From Candidatus Marinacidobacterium sp. (lineage in GTDB: Bacteria > Acidobacteriota > Vicinamibacteria > Marinacidobacterales > Marinacidobacteraceae): a stretch of 64,000 nt of DNA. Each line of letters starts with the position of its first letter. The first letter of the stretch is position 1. The notes beneath the pieces were generated by a model. It saw only the letters and a list, made by a program, of their open reading frames with translations, did no database searches and had not been told where the DNA came from. The stretch covers positions 3,040,001-3,104,000 of the forward strand of contig OZ242011.1 in NCBI GenBank assembly GCA_965204755.1, read 5' to 3'. The position numbers were made by a program, and so were the translations under genes. Of the stretch, positions 20,369-29,624 are shown one piece after another.

Positions 20369-21583
20369 TCAGCCGGCGCGGGCGGCCGCGGCGGGCGACT
20401 CCGACTCCGCCGACTCCTCCGCCGGAGGCAGGTCCACGCCGACCCCCAGCGGATGGAGGGCGTCGCCGTCCGCCGTCGGTTCCCGGAGGGCGCGAGCCAC
20501 GACATCGTCCGGGGCGCCGTCCGGGGCATCGTCCGGGGCGCGTTCCCGCGCCGAGTCGGCGGCGAGCAGGACCGGGCGGAGCGGCTCCGACAGCCGGCCC
20601 GCCTCCGGGGCCTGGCGGGAGATGCTGGCGTCGGCGGCCTCCCTGGTCAGGAAGTTCACGAACTCCCGCGAGCCGCCCTTCCAGCCGCTCAGGGTCTCGG
20701 CGAGCGCCATCGGGTGCCGCTCTTCGCGCTCGCCGAAGACGCAGCCGGGGTGGTAGGTCCGCACCGCGTTCCCGAAGACGCTGAACCGCCGTCCCACGCG
20801 GTCGCTCAGGACGAAGGTCATCGGCCCGGTGAGGACCGCGACATGGGCCAGCCCGACGGTCCGCCAGGCCAGGTCGGCGACATCGATGGCCGCGGTCTCC
20901 GGGTCGGTCTCGCCGATCTCCAGGCCGGTGAGGAACACCGGGCGCGTCCGCTCCGGGTCGGAGATCAGGTCGATGAGGCCGGCCACGCTCTCGGCGTCCT
21001 GCACCACCCAGGGCGTCGCGCGGAGCCGCCAGCCGTAGTCGGTCAGCCCCGGGGAGTCGGCCAGCCGGCGGACGATCTCCGGCGCGGCGGCCGTGTGCGC
21101 CGCCCTGCCGGTCAGCAGCGTGGCGGAGAGGCGGGTGCAGTCGGTGGTCTCCACCAGGAAGACCTCGACCCGCCAGGCGGCCCGCGGCCGCCGGCGGCGC
21201 TCCACCGCGGCGCCGAAGCACCGGCCGTCCGGGAACTCCCGCTCCTCGGTGACGACGGCGGGGCGCGCGTTCGGGCGGCGGGGCGGGCCGGCCGCCGTCG
21301 GCGTTTCGGGCCGCGCCGGCGGTTCGACGCGCTGCCCGCGGCCCCGGCGGGGGCCCTCCAGGAAGCGGAGGATGCGGTCCCGCGACGCGGCGAACTCGCC
21401 GCCGCGCCCGTCGCGCGCCACATCGGCGCAGACCGCGGCCGCCGGGGCGAGCGCCGCCCGCCCGGACCGGACGCGGCGCGCCGGGCGGCGGTCAGCCGCG
21501 GGAAGGGGATGCGGCGCCGGCTGGCGGGCCGGGAGGGGCAGGGGATTCGGTCGGGGTTGGGGTAGGGTCGGCGGATGGGGCAT
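20369..21583 (-). CDS. Conserved-looking hypothetical protein
   Basis: Globular core DPERTRPV...LAWRTVGLAHV...FSVFGNAVRTYHPG...HPM with host-like codon use; start uncertain. Confidence 0.65.
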   Translation of the reverse strand: MPHPPTLPQPRPNPLPLPARQPAPHPLPAADRRPARRVRSGRAALAPAAAVCADVARDGRGGEFAASRDRILRFLEGPRRGRGQRVEPPARPETPTAAGPPRRPNARPAVVTEEREFPDGRCFGAAVERRRRPRAAWRVEVFLVETTDCTRLSATLLTGRAAHTAAAPEIVRRLADSPGLTDYGWRLRATPWVVQDAESVAGLIDLISDPERTRPVFLTGLEIGETDPETAAIDVADLAWRTVGLAHVAVLTGPMTFVLSDRVGRRFSVFGNAVRTYHPGCVFGEREERHPMALAETLSGWKGGSREFVNFLTREAADASISRQAPEAGRLSEPLRPVLLAADSARERAPDDAPDGAPDDVVARALREPTADGDALHPLGVGVDLPPAEESAESESPAAAARAG

Positions 21584-21646
21584 CGAGCCTCCTGGGGTGG
21601 GGGATTTCCGATGGGGTCGGGGGGAGGTCTCCCGCGGGCGGCGGGT

Positions 21647-21790
21647 GGAGTTCGCCGGCCGGGGGCGGGTGGAGTTCGTCCGCCGGGGGCGGGCGGAGTT
21701 CGTCCGCCGGGGGCAATGGGAGTTCGCCGGCCGGGCGCGAGGGGAGTTCGCCGGCCGGGCGCAGTGGGAGTTCGCCCGGCGGGGGCGGGC
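21647..21790. repeat. 24-bp tandem repeat x6 with invariant GGAGTTCG core
   Basis: ggagttcg at 21647, 21671, 21695, 21719, 21743, 21767. Confidence 0.92.
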
Positions 21791-21801
21791 GGGGGCCGGG
21801 C

Positions 21802-22461
21802 GTGAGCGTCCGGGTCGGGAGCGGGCGGTTCGCGGGTCGGGAACTCCTCGGCCCGCCCCCGGAGCGGCGGCGGCGAGGGACCGCGGCTCCCGGCGGCGGG
21901 ACGCGGCCGACGGCGGCCCGCCTGAAGAAGAGCCTCTTCGCGGTCATCGGCGACGAACTCCCCGGCGCGCGGGTGCTCGATGTCTGCGCCGGGACCGGGG
22001 CGCTGGGCTTCGAGGCCATCTCCCGGGGCGCCGCCGGGTGCGTCTTCCTCGAACGGTCGCGGCCGATGGGGGAGCGGATCGGGAAGAACGCGGAGCGCCT
22101 GGGTCTCGACGGCGCCCGCCTCCTCGCCGGGGACGCCGCCCGCTCGCTCCGCGTCCTCGCCCGCCGCGGCGAGCGGTTCGACGCGGCCTTCTTCGATCCG
22201 CCCTGGAGCGAATGGGAAGAAGGCGGCGCGGCGGCCGCGCTGGCCGCGATCGCGCCTCTCGTTTCGCGCTTCGTCGCCGCCGTCCACCCGGCCGCCCGGA
22301 GCGCTCCGCCGGAAATCCTCACCCCGGAGTCCGCATCGTCCCCCGAAGTCCGCTTCCGGCGCGTCCGGGAGGTCGCGGCGGGGGACGGGGCCTTCTCGCT
22401 CTTCCGGCCCGCCGAGCCGCCGCCCACCGGGCAGGAACCGCCACTCACGCCGATTCCTTAA
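21802..22461 (+). CDS. rsmD: 16S rRNA m2G966 methyltransferase
   Basis: VRVGSGRFAGREL, TRPTAARLKKSLF, VLDVCAGTGALGFEAISRGA, FFDPPW; upstream of coaD. Confidence 0.88.
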   Translation: MSVRVGSGRFAGRELLGPPPERRRRGTAAPGGGTRPTAARLKKSLFAVIGDELPGARVLDVCAGTGALGFEAISRGAAGCVFLERSRPMGERIGKNAERLGLDGARLLAGDAARSLRVLARRGERFDAAFFDPPWSEWEEGGAAAALAAIAPLVSRFVAAVHPAARSAPPEILTPESASSPEVRFRRVREVAAGDGAFSLFRPAEPPPTGQEPPLTPIP

Positions 22462-22623
22462 CGGATGGCCAAGGTTTTCCGCCCACGAAAGCGCCCGGAA
22501 CGCGCCCGGTTCGGATAAGTCGCCTTTTCGCCGCCGAAAACGGCCCCGGAATCCGCCGCCGTCGGGGGCGGGGCGTGTGTTAGGTTTTTCGCCCGCGCCG
22601 GCGGCGCCCCGTTCCCCGACCCG

Positions 22624-23166
22624 TTGCAACCCGTCTCGCCCGAGGGCCGCGTCGCCATCTGCCCCGGGTCGTTCGACCCGCTGACGCTGGGCCATGTGGA
22701 CATCATCCGGCGCGCCGCCCGGATGTTCGACCGGGTGGTCGTGTCCGTGCTCGAGAACACCGAGAAGACGCCGCTCTTCGGCGTGGAGGAGCGGCTCGAC
22801 CTGATCCGCGCCACCTTCCGGGACGAAGACCGGGTGGAGGCGGCGGCGTTCTCCGGGCTCCTCGTGGACTACGCCCGCCGCTCCGGCGCCGGCGCCATCG
22901 TCCGCGGCATCCGCGCGCTCTCCGACTTCGAGTACGAGTTCCAGATGGCGCTCATGAACCGGCGGCTCGCGCCGGAACTCGAAACCGTGTTCCTGACTCC
23001 CGCCGAGGAGTTCTTCTATGTGAGTTCGCGGCTCATCAAGGAGATCGCGGCGCTCTCCGGCGATGTGTCCGGGCTCGTCCCCGAACCGGTGGCCGCCGGA
23101 CTCCGCGAGAAGTTCGCCGCCCGCGCGCCGGCCGCCGGGAGTGCGCCGCCGCCGCCCTCCGCCTGA
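22624..23166 (+). CDS. coaD: Phosphopantetheine adenylyltransferase
   Basis: CPGSFDPLTLGHVDII, RGIRALSDFEYEFQMALMNRRL, VSSRLIKEIA. Confidence 0.96.
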   Translation: MQPVSPEGRVAICPGSFDPLTLGHVDIIRRAARMFDRVVVSVLENTEKTPLFGVEERLDLIRATFRDEDRVEAAAFSGLLVDYARRSGAGAIVRGIRALSDFEYEFQMALMNRRLAPELETVFLTPAEEFFYVSSRLIKEIAALSGDVSGLVPEPVAAGLREKFAARAPAAGSAPPPPSA

Positions 23167-23180
23167 AGGAGACCCCGCCC

Positions 23181-24371
23181 ATGACCGGAAACAACCCGAA
23201 ACTCGCGGCGCGCGTCCGCGCCATCGCCCCCTCGCCCACGATGGCGGTCATGGCGGAGGCGCTGCGGCTCAAGGCCGCCGGCGAGGATGTGGTGGACTTC
23301 TCCGCCGGCCAGCCGGACTTCGACACGCCGGAAGTGGCCCGCGCCGCCGGCGTCGCCGCCATCGAGTCCGGCTACACCCGCTACACCCCGAACCCCGGCG
23401 CCCCGGAACTGCGCGAGGCGGTCGCGGAGAGTTACCGGCGCGACTTCGGCCTCGACTGCGACGCCCCCCAGGTGCTCATCACCAGCGGCGGCAAGCACGC
23501 CCTCACCGGGCTGCTGCTCGCCACCTGCGAGGAGGGTGACGAGGTCCTGGTCTCCACCCCCTACTGGCCGACCTTCCCGGAGCAGGTGAAGATCGTGGGC
23601 GCCACCCCGGTGATCGCCGAGACCTCGGCCGCCGACGGCTTCCGCCCCACCCGCCGGAGCATGGAGCCGGCGGTCACCGACCGCACCCGGCTCATCATCC
23701 TGAACATCCCGGGGAACCCGTCGGGCGTGGTGCTGCCCCCGGACGAGTTGGAGGCGGTGGCGAAGTTGGCGCTGGACGCGGACGCCTACCTCCTCTGGGA
23801 CGACACCTACGCCCGCCTGACCTTCGAGCCCGCCCCGGAAGGCGCCTACCGGCGGATGGCGGACATCCTGGGGCACCGCTTCCTCATCGCCGGCGGCGCG
23901 TCGAAGTCCTACGCGATGACCGGCTGGCGCCTCGGCTGGGCCATCGGCGACGCGGCCATCATCAAGGGCGCGGCGTCGCTCCAGAGCCAGATGACCTCGA
24001 ACGCCTGCTCCATCTCCCAGCGCGCGGCGCTCGCGGCGCTCCGGGAGGACCCGAAGGAGTTCGCCTGGATGAGCCGGGAGTTCGCCCGCCGCATGGAGCG
24101 GATGCGCGGCCTGCTCCTGGGGATCGAGGGCGTCCGCTGCGAGGCCCCGGACGGCGGCTTCTACCTGTTCCCGGACTTCGCGGCGCGTTTGGGGGAGGGC
24201 GAGGGCTCGCAGGCGCTGGCGACGGCGCTGTTGACTTCGGAGCGCGTGGCGACGGTGCCGGGGGCCGCTTTCGGGTGCGACACGCACCTGCGGTTCAGTT
24301 ACGCGACTTCGGACGAGCAGATCGACAAGGGCCTGGCCCGCGTCCACAACTTCTTCGCCCAGCGAGGCTGA
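23181..24371 (+). CDS. PLP-dependent aminotransferase class I/II (aspartate aminotransferase-like)
   Basis: AGQPDFDTP, NIPGNPSG, SKSYAMTGWRLGW, VPGAAFG, LRFSYATS. Confidence 0.92.
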   Translation: MTGNNPKLAARVRAIAPSPTMAVMAEALRLKAAGEDVVDFSAGQPDFDTPEVARAAGVAAIESGYTRYTPNPGAPELREAVAESYRRDFGLDCDAPQVLITSGGKHALTGLLLATCEEGDEVLVSTPYWPTFPEQVKIVGATPVIAETSAADGFRPTRRSMEPAVTDRTRLIILNIPGNPSGVVLPPDELEAVAKLALDADAYLLWDDTYARLTFEPAPEGAYRRMADILGHRFLIAGGASKSYAMTGWRLGWAIGDAAIIKGAASLQSQMTSNACSISQRAALAALREDPKEFAWMSREFARRMERMRGLLLGIEGVRCEAPDGGFYLFPDFAARLGEGEGSQALATALLTSERVATVPGAAFGCDTHLRFSYATSDEQIDKGLARVHNFFAQRG

Positions 24372-24413
24372 GACGGCGGCGCCGAGGAACGAGGTCCAGA
24401 CGGAGAGCGCGCC

Positions 24414-26945
24414 ATGAGAAACATGTACGCGTGGGTCCCGTGGTTTCGGCAACTCGCCGCACGGATCGCCGAAGGCGGCAAGGAGGGACTCATCGAGCGC
24501 GTCAAGAGCGTGGTGTGGGAGGAAAAGAGTCCAGCCCTTCTGGAGTTCGGCGACAAGTACATTGATCCGCTGTCATTCCTGAACCATCTTGCGTCCGTAG
24601 ATCTGGCGATGACATCCGTCAGCAGCGTGTTCGATGTGGATGCCGAAATTCCCCAAGACGACGACTGGGCGCTCATCTTTCCTACGGTCTTCCACTTGAA
24701 GGCGCCTCTGGGTGAGCAAGAGACCTATGACCCAGACCTTCTGTGGGCTCTCTTCCGGCAGGCCGTCCCGGACAAGGCGAAGATCGACGCGAACACCTTC
24801 GACTCTGTTCTGAACTTGCCGCAGGTGGGCGTCTTCAACCTCACGTCGGCTCTCTGTCTGACCAATGCTCACTCGTTCCTGCCCCTCGGAAAGAAAGCCA
24901 TCGCTCTGGGCAAGAAGGTGCAGACGCTGAGCGGGTTGGGAAAGTGCAAGAAGAAGACATTCACGCTCTCTACCTACGAAGCCATCATGCGCCAAGCCCG
25001 GAAAGCATTCCCCGGGTGCCGCATGTACGAGATCGGGAGGTTCCTGTACGAACACGGATCTTGGGACACAGGGCTCGTCTCCAAGGAATCATCGTCCTTC
25101 CACATCAGCACCAAACTCAAGGGGGACAAGGGGCCGGACTTCTGGAACGAATTCGAGCGGGACAATTCTGTCTGGACGGCTGGCAAGGCGTCCGCGATCG
25201 CATGGGACGTCCCGCTGCCATCGGGAAAGAAGCCCTACCCTGTGACTGAGCCGGAAGCGGGCGACATCATGCTCGTTCGGTGTGGTACCGGGCAGGGTCG
25301 CGGCATCGGGGTTGTCCTGCACAACGATTACGCGAAGGAGGGCGGCCTCCGGCCGAGCAGTCGCATTCATGTGGTCTGGATCAACAAGTCTCGAACCGTT
25401 CTGGCAAAGCCATCACCGAGATTCGCCATGGATCGTGCTGCGAGCGCGGATCGAGGCGCTCTCCCCGGATTTGGGAAGAGCGACGACTACCGGTCGTCCT
25501 TCGATCTGTTTCGCGATCTCGACGTTCCGGTTCCTAACGGGCATCCACTTCCGCGAAGGAAACAGCACTTGAACCAGATCCTCTACGGGCCACCCGGAAC
25601 CGGGAAGACTTGGAACACGGTGGCGTGCGCCGTTTCGATGATTGAAGGGCGCGAAGTTGCAGCGGAAGACCGGGGAGAAGTCAAGAAGCGGTTTGAGGAG
25701 TACCGCAGGGTGGGCCAAGTGGAGATGGTCACCTTCCACCAGAACTACGCCTACGAAGACTTCGTTGAGGGTATTCGCCCGACGGTGGAGGACGCATCCG
25801 CCGAGGGGGTCGGCTATGTGTTGCGTCCCGGTGTCTTTCGCGAAATGGTGGAGCGAGCAGCGCAGAATCTCAGAACATCGCAAACGGTGGAGAAGGACGC
25901 GTGGACGTCTCAGGAAGTCGTTCAGGGGTTCCTTGAGTGGATCAGGAGTGAGACTGCTTCCGGCGGAGCAAAGCGGCTGGCGAAGGGTGCCGGTGGTCGC
26001 GACATCCTCGTGTCGGGCGTGTACGAAAGCCGGGATGGAGACATCGCCGGAGTGCAGCTCGGCGGTACGACAAACCAGAAGCTGTTTCGACGCGTTCTGG
26101 ACCGGGATTACCGTGCCTTTCACGATGGGGGCATCACGGAGTACACGGAAATCGGCCGAACGAGGCCCGGGTCTTCGACATGGCACGGCCAAGCCGTCTA
26201 TTTCTTCGAACTCCTGAAGATGGTGAGGAAGTACCACAAGGATGTGTGGCGCCGGCCGGAGCGGAAGGCGATCGAGCGCAGGAACTTCGTTCTCATCCTC
26301 GATGAGATCAACCGAGGGAACATCGCGCGGATTTTCGGGGAACTCATCACGCTGGTGGAGGAATCCCGACGGATCGGGCGCGGGGATGAGACGAAGGTGA
26401 CGCTGCCAAACTCCGGGGACGAGTTCGGCGTTCCGGAGAACCTGTATCTCATCGGGACCATGAACACGGCGGACCGGTCGATCGCCTTGCTCGACACGGC
26501 GCTTCGGCGAAGGTTCGAGTTCGTGGAGATGATGCCGGACTCGTCGCTCTTGGACCGGGAAGTCGCCGAAGTCCACCTCGGCAGCCTGCTCGATGCCATG
26601 AACGAGCGGATTCGCTTCCTGCGCGACCGGGAACATCAGATCGGCCACACCTACTTCCTCGAAGTGTGCGACCTCGAGGGACTGAGGAGGGTGTTCCAGA
26701 ACCGTATCCTTCCGCTGCTGCAGGAGTACTTCTACGACGACTGGGCGAAGATCGAGGCGGTGCTGGGCAAGAACGGGTTCGTCGAGTCCGTGGAGCCCCC
26801 GCCGGGACTGGCCGGAGGGGACCTCGTGGACGCGGGCGCGAAGTCCTACGAACTGCTGTCGTTCGACGACGGGAAATGGGGAGAGCCGGCGTCATACCGG
26901 AAGATCTACGAGAAACCGGCAGGGGGCGGCGCGAAGGACGAATGA
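24414..26945 (+). CDS. mcrB: McrB-family AAA+ GTPase (type IV restriction) with uncharacterised N-terminal domains
   Basis: NQILYGPPGTGKT, VTFHQNYAYEDFVEG, LILDEINRGN, IGTMNTADRSIALLDTALRRRF, IGHTYF, ILPLLQEYFYDDW. Confidence 0.9.
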   Translation: MRNMYAWVPWFRQLAARIAEGGKEGLIERVKSVVWEEKSPALLEFGDKYIDPLSFLNHLASVDLAMTSVSSVFDVDAEIPQDDDWALIFPTVFHLKAPLGEQETYDPDLLWALFRQAVPDKAKIDANTFDSVLNLPQVGVFNLTSALCLTNAHSFLPLGKKAIALGKKVQTLSGLGKCKKKTFTLSTYEAIMRQARKAFPGCRMYEIGRFLYEHGSWDTGLVSKESSSFHISTKLKGDKGPDFWNEFERDNSVWTAGKASAIAWDVPLPSGKKPYPVTEPEAGDIMLVRCGTGQGRGIGVVLHNDYAKEGGLRPSSRIHVVWINKSRTVLAKPSPRFAMDRAASADRGALPGFGKSDDYRSSFDLFRDLDVPVPNGHPLPRRKQHLNQILYGPPGTGKTWNTVACAVSMIEGREVAAEDRGEVKKRFEEYRRVGQVEMVTFHQNYAYEDFVEGIRPTVEDASAEGVGYVLRPGVFREMVERAAQNLRTSQTVEKDAWTSQEVVQGFLEWIRSETASGGAKRLAKGAGGRDILVSGVYESRDGDIAGVQLGGTTNQKLFRRVLDRDYRAFHDGGITEYTEIGRTRPGSSTWHGQAVYFFELLKMVRKYHKDVWRRPERKAIERRNFVLILDEINRGNIARIFGELITLVEESRRIGRGDETKVTLPNSGDEFGVPENLYLIGTMNTADRSIALLDTALRRRFEFVEMMPDSSLLDREVAEVHLGSLLDAMNERIRFLRDREHQIGHTYFLEVCDLEGLRRVFQNRILPLLQEYFYDDWAKIEAVLGKNGFVESVEPPPGLAGGDLVDAGAKSYELLSFDDGKWGEPASYRKIYEKPAGGGAKDE

Positions 26946-28162
26946 CGGAGATCGTCGTTCGGGAGCACAAGGAGATCAGGGGACTCGACGACACCGAGAG
27001 CGAGGCATTGAGGCGCCTTGCTCAGGAGGCGGAGTGGGGCGGGCTCGCCGTGAGGCACGGCGGGCTGTACGCGACGAACTATGTCGGGATCGTGGAGGCG
27101 AGCAGGAAGACCAGCGTCGTCATTCTGCCGAAGGTGGACTTGGCGAAGCCGGACCCGAACCTCGAAGGAGCGAAGGCCGCGTTCCTCAAGATGTTGCGGG
27201 ATTGGCGCGGGCTCCACGAAGCGCAGTTTCCCGAGGCGTCTATCCGCGATCTCGAGCGCTTCGAGATGTGGGAGGCGTTCTACTACCTGTTCCTGCGCAG
27301 CGTCGTCCGGCTGGCGCAGCGCGGGTTGGCCCGGCGGTACCGCACGGTGGAGAACGACTTGCCGTTCCTCCGGGGCCGCATCCGGTTTCCGGAGCACCTG
27401 CGCCGCAACTTGGTGAACCGCGCCCGGTTCTTCGTCGGTTACGACGAGTTCTCGGCGAACCGGCCCTCGAACCGACTGATCCGGACGACTCTCGACGAAT
27501 TGGCGACGCGGGCGAAGCGGCCGAGGAACACGCAACTGCTCCACGGCCTGCGAGTGGTGTTCGCCGACATTCCACCCTCCGCGCAGCCCGCGGTGGATTG
27601 GGAGCGTCGGCTGGTGGATCGCTCGATGCGCCACTACGGCGAGGTGCTGCCCTGGGTCGGGCTCCTCCTGTTCCACCACGGCCTCGCCACTTTCGCCGGG
27701 AAGCACCGCAACCGCGCGCTCCTCTTCCCCATGGAGGAGGTCTTCGAGGACTTCGTTACCGCCTCCTTCCGGCGCCACCAGACGGACTACCGCGTTCATT
27801 CCCAAGGCCCGATGCGGCCCTTGGTCGAAACGGAGGACGGAAGAGGCGCCTTCCAAATGAAGCCGGATATCTCGCTCATGAAGGGGGGTAAGCCCTCGTT
27901 CATCCTCGACGCCAAGTGGAAGCGGCTCGCGGCCCCGGCTGCCGACCCGAAACTCGGTATCGTCCAAGCCGACCTCTACCAACTTTTCGCCTACGGCAAG
28001 AAGTACGGCGTCCCCGAAGTGGCGCTGATCTATCCGAAGTCGGAGGCGTTCTCGAAACCTGTCCGCTACCGTTTCGACAAGGACCTGTCGCTCGTTTGCT
28101 TTCCCTTCGATGTGGAGGCGCCCGGAAAGAGCGTGAACGATCTACTCGGCCATCTGCAGTAG
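26942..28162 (+). CDS. mcrC: McrC-family PD-(D/E)xK nuclease subunit
   Basis: NYVGIV, ILPKV, LLFPMEEVFEDFV, MKPDI, ILDAKWK, QADLYQLFAYG; ATGA overlap with mcrB. Confidence 0.9.
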   Translation: MTEIVVREHKEIRGLDDTESEALRRLAQEAEWGGLAVRHGGLYATNYVGIVEASRKTSVVILPKVDLAKPDPNLEGAKAAFLKMLRDWRGLHEAQFPEASIRDLERFEMWEAFYYLFLRSVVRLAQRGLARRYRTVENDLPFLRGRIRFPEHLRRNLVNRARFFVGYDEFSANRPSNRLIRTTLDELATRAKRPRNTQLLHGLRVVFADIPPSAQPAVDWERRLVDRSMRHYGEVLPWVGLLLFHHGLATFAGKHRNRALLFPMEEVFEDFVTASFRRHQTDYRVHSQGPMRPLVETEDGRGAFQMKPDISLMKGGKPSFILDAKWKRLAAPAADPKLGIVQADLYQLFAYGKKYGVPEVALIYPKSEAFSKPVRYRFDKDLSLVCFPFDVEAPGKSVNDLLGHLQ

Positions 28163-28194
28163 AACAGGCCGCGTGAACCGCGGCGGGCCGGGAG

Positions 28195-29301
28195 TCAGTC
28201 CGGTTTGGGCAGGCGGAGGGATCGGGCGGTGAAGAGGAAGCGGTAGTGGCCGTCCGGGGGAGAGGAGGCGGGGAGGAGCAGCGGGGAGTTGGTGATTTGG
28301 GCGGCGGCGGTGGCTTTCGTCATCTCGGTGGCGCGGAGGGCCTCGAGGATGCGGCGGCGGGGCAGGGCGTGGCCGGGGCGACGGGCGGCGAGTTCCGCGA
28401 TGGTTCGGTCGGCGGGGGACAGGGGTGGCCATTCGGGGCCGGGCTTGCGGTGGATGGCGCGGGGGGTGACTTCGAAGAGGCCGGACCCGGCGGCGATGCC
28501 GGCGAGCACCGGGGCGGGGATCGGGCGGCGGAGGCCGCGGGCGCGGGCGGCGGCGAGCGCTACGGACGGGCGCGGCGCGGCGTCGCCGAAGGCGAACTGG
28601 CGGCGGAGGGCGCGGAGCACCCGGTTGCGGTCCGCGGACGGCGCCATCGCCGAGCCGTCGCGCGGCCGATCCGGGAGGCGGCGGAAGTAGCGTTCGCCGG
28701 GGCCGAGGAAACTCCAGCGGAGGCTGCGGCGGACGACGGAGCGAACGACCGGCGCGCCCTTGCGCCGGGGCGCGGGGAGGAGCGCGGCGAGGTCGTGCCA
28801 AGGGGCGGAGGGGAGCGCGGCCAGCCATTCCAGTGCCCGGATGGACTCGGCTTGGCGGTCGCGTTCGTCGCTGACGACCCAGATTTCCGCGAACGGGCCG
28901 TCGAGGAAGGAGAACGGGAACTCCAGCGCCAGCAGCGACGCCGCCCGCGCGAGCCAGTGGCCGAGGCGGAGCGGGCGCGGCTCCTCCGGGGCGTAGCCGA
29001 AGAGCGCGAGGAAGTCCGGGAGCGGGAGCGGTGATTCGGCGCGCGCCCGGGCCACGGCGGGTTCCCAGTGGCGGAAGCGGACGCGGGGGGCGGCGGCGGC
29101 GAGGATCTCCCGGCCCTGGACCGCCGCCTGGCGCACGCGTTCCCGGCTCGGGCGGGTGCGCCGGCCGTGCTCGAAGGTGGTTTCGGCGATCGCCCGCGTG
29201 CTGCGGCTCGGGCCGCCGGCGAGGCCGGTGTTCTCGGCGAAGAGGGCGGCGACGGCCCGGCCGGCGTCCGGCTCGACGAACTCGGTGATGACCGCCGCCA
29301 T
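28195..29301 (-). CDS. Hypothetical protein with sigma70 region-4-like HTH
   Basis: STRAIAE...SRERVRQ motif near the N-terminus; start uncertain (29301 or 29433). Confidence 0.5.
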   Translation of the reverse strand: MAAVITEFVEPDAGRAVAALFAENTGLAGGPSRSTRAIAETTFEHGRRTRPSRERVRQAAVQGREILAAAAPRVRFRHWEPAVARARAESPLPLPDFLALFGYAPEEPRPLRLGHWLARAASLLALEFPFSFLDGPFAEIWVVSDERDRQAESIRALEWLAALPSAPWHDLAALLPAPRRKGAPVVRSVVRRSLRWSFLGPGERYFRRLPDRPRDGSAMAPSADRNRVLRALRRQFAFGDAAPRPSVALAAARARGLRRPIPAPVLAGIAAGSGLFEVTPRAIHRKPGPEWPPLSPADRTIAELAARRPGHALPRRRILEALRATEMTKATAAAQITNSPLLLPASSPPDGHYRFLFTARSLRLPKPD

Positions 29302-29624
29302 CTCCTCCCGGAAACTGGCGGCGGTCCCGGGAGCGGTGAACGGCGTCGGCCGCGCCGGAGGGGCGGGCGGCGGGTTCGCCTCGGCGGGAGGGCGGCGGCG
29401 GAGGAAGCCCGGCGGCGCGAGGCCGCAGTCCACGCCGAAGTCCGTTTCCTCCGGGCCCCGGAGCGCCGGATGACGGCGCGGCGGAACCGGAACACCGGGC
29501 GCGCGCCCCTCGTCCGACTCCGGGTCAGCCGGGACCGGCCCGCCCTCCGGCGTCCCGTAAACGCCCCGCTCCTCCCGGAGCGGGAACCCCGCGCCGGGAA
29601 CGCCCGCGGCCGCCCGCGGCGCGG

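Noticed and set aside
21647-21790. Mini-CRISPR
   Set aside because: The constant part is only 8 bp and the intervening 16-mers are related to one another, as in a minisatellite
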